Virus genome (UHGV): UHGV-0099467
Source: a virus
Strand: one strand, 5' to 3'
DNA: 23,343 nt
Part shown: positions 22,495-23,343 of the stretch, piece by piece
Layout of the letters: each line of letters starts with the position of its first letter
Numbering within the stretch: position 1 is the stretch's first letter
Notes under the pieces: model-generated
Database searches by the model: none
The model's input: only the letters and a program-made list of their open reading frames with translations
Told to the model about the DNA's origin: nothing
Program-made: the position numbers and the translations under genes

Positions 22495-23343
22495 ATAACA
22501 CCCGTTGTCCCCCCTATAACACTCACCTCGTTGATATAATCAACTTCCGAAACAATAAAGCCTTTCCCTTTGTAGAAAACTATCTGATTAATATCTAACG
22601 CCCTGTATATTTTATATGACTTCTGTTTAGCAAAAGCATCATATTTAGCTAATGCTGATGAATAGTCAATAAAGCCTTGATTACCTTCGACTTGTAATAT
22701 CTGCATTGATCCTAAACGTGCCGGTAATCCATAACCTGTTACTGTTCCTGTACCATCTGAATTAGCTGATGCAAAGAATACAGGGAAACCATAAGCCTCT
22801 TGTGGAGCTGCTTGTCTTATGTAGAAGTTGTTATACTTACCGTTCACATCTATATATTGAGTATTAATTGAAATGCGACTCTTATCTTCTCTACCATCAC
22901 TGTAAAACCAATAAGCCCATTGTCTAACTGCTGTCACAGGTAAAGGAGTATTATTGTCTACAATTTCTTCTATTTCAAACTCATCAAACATATAATCATA
23001 TGACTGCACTTTTTTAAAGTCCGGTATCGGCTTTAAGTACCACGAAGCAGTTGTGTAGCTATCGCGAAATTGTGGGGCTTGTAATAGTTTAGGGCTATGT
23101 CTTTCGAATGTGCTTTTGAAATAATTAATCATCTCTTCACGCCCGATACCATCGAGATTTTCACCACGGAAGAAAATGTTACCTTTACTATCATTGACAA
23201 AGTTTAGGTATTGAGTGTTCGCTGTTGGGTTTTCACCATCTAAGAAGTTATTTGCAACCTGCGGATTAGCGTTTTGTAAAGCTCGAATAAAAGGACTGGT
23301 ATTACTTGTTTTAGATATAGGTGACTCTCTCAAACTAAAATCA
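22491..23343 (-). CDS. Distal tail protein, partial; the N-terminus probably lies beyond the window end.
   Basis: The frame stays open to the window edge with no in-frame stop in the last 10 nt. The track's TTG at 23333 is probably not the true start. Confidence 0.5.
   Translation of the reverse strand, partial: DFSLRESPISKTSNTSPFIRALQNANPQVANNFLDGENPTANTQYLNFVNDSKGNIFFRGENLDGIGREEMINYFKSTFERHSPKLLQAPQFRDSYTTASWYLKPIPDFKKVQSYDYMFDEFEIEEIVDNNTPLPVTAVRQWAYWFYSDGREDKSRISINTQYIDVNGKYNNFYIRQAAPQEAYGFPVFFASANSDGTGTVTGYGLPARLGSMQILQVEGNQGFIDYSSALAKYDAFAKQKSYKIYRALDINQIVFYKGKGFIVSEVDYINEVSVIGGTTGVI

Noticed and set aside
1-23343. CRISPR arrays, integrase or attachment site, toxin-antitoxin pairs, reverse transcriptase or DGR.
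   Set aside because: No evenly spaced direct repeats are present, so no CRISPR array. No tyrosine or serine recombinase motifs are found in any frame. No reverse transcriptase YxDD motif is present.

Overview
The window is a nearly complete genome segment of a tailed, siphovirus-type phage of a low-GC Gram-positive host (about one-third GC, AAGGAG-type ribosome-binding sites, lactococcal/streptococcal style). It is cut at both ends inside minus-strand genes. No integrase, repressor or attachment module is present, so it looks like a virulent phage.

Layout:
- 1-11536 (minus strand): a tightly packed late operon whose genes mostly overlap by ATGA/TAATG. In transcription order it encodes a RuvC-like resolvase, two tiny membrane peptides, a tRNA-like element, a putative portal, a prohead protease-scaffold-major capsid fusion, a structural protein, the major tail protein, a gpG/gpGT tail chaperone with an A_AAA_AAA -1 frameshift site, the tape measure, a holin, a CHAP endolysin, an HNH endonuclease, the large terminase and two further ORFs.
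- 11537-12154: a divergent promoter region with an ORF-free, GC-richer segment of about 340 nt that is a candidate replication origin or ncRNA.
- 12155-21002 (plus strand): an early region of about 35 small genes driven by several near-consensus sigma-A promoters. It includes an ERF-family annealing protein, an atypical SSB with a C-terminal DLPF tail, an AAA_25/Sak4-like ATPase with a deviant Walker A motif, a free-standing HNH/NUMOD4 homing endonuclease plus a short NUMOD4 remnant, clusters of tiny transmembrane peptides, and a final promoter-driven gene for a small secreted peptide.
- 21003-21040: a bidirectional terminator.
- 21037-23343 (minus strand): three distal-tail or receptor-binding-like genes.

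The most notable items are an unusual gene order (lysis cassette, HNH and TerL sit between the tape measure and the distal tail genes, and no terS is recognisable), a tRNA-like element whose 3' half is canonical but whose 5' half is aberrant, duplicated promoter-leader boxes, and a GC-rich structured island that may be a cos site or ncRNA.
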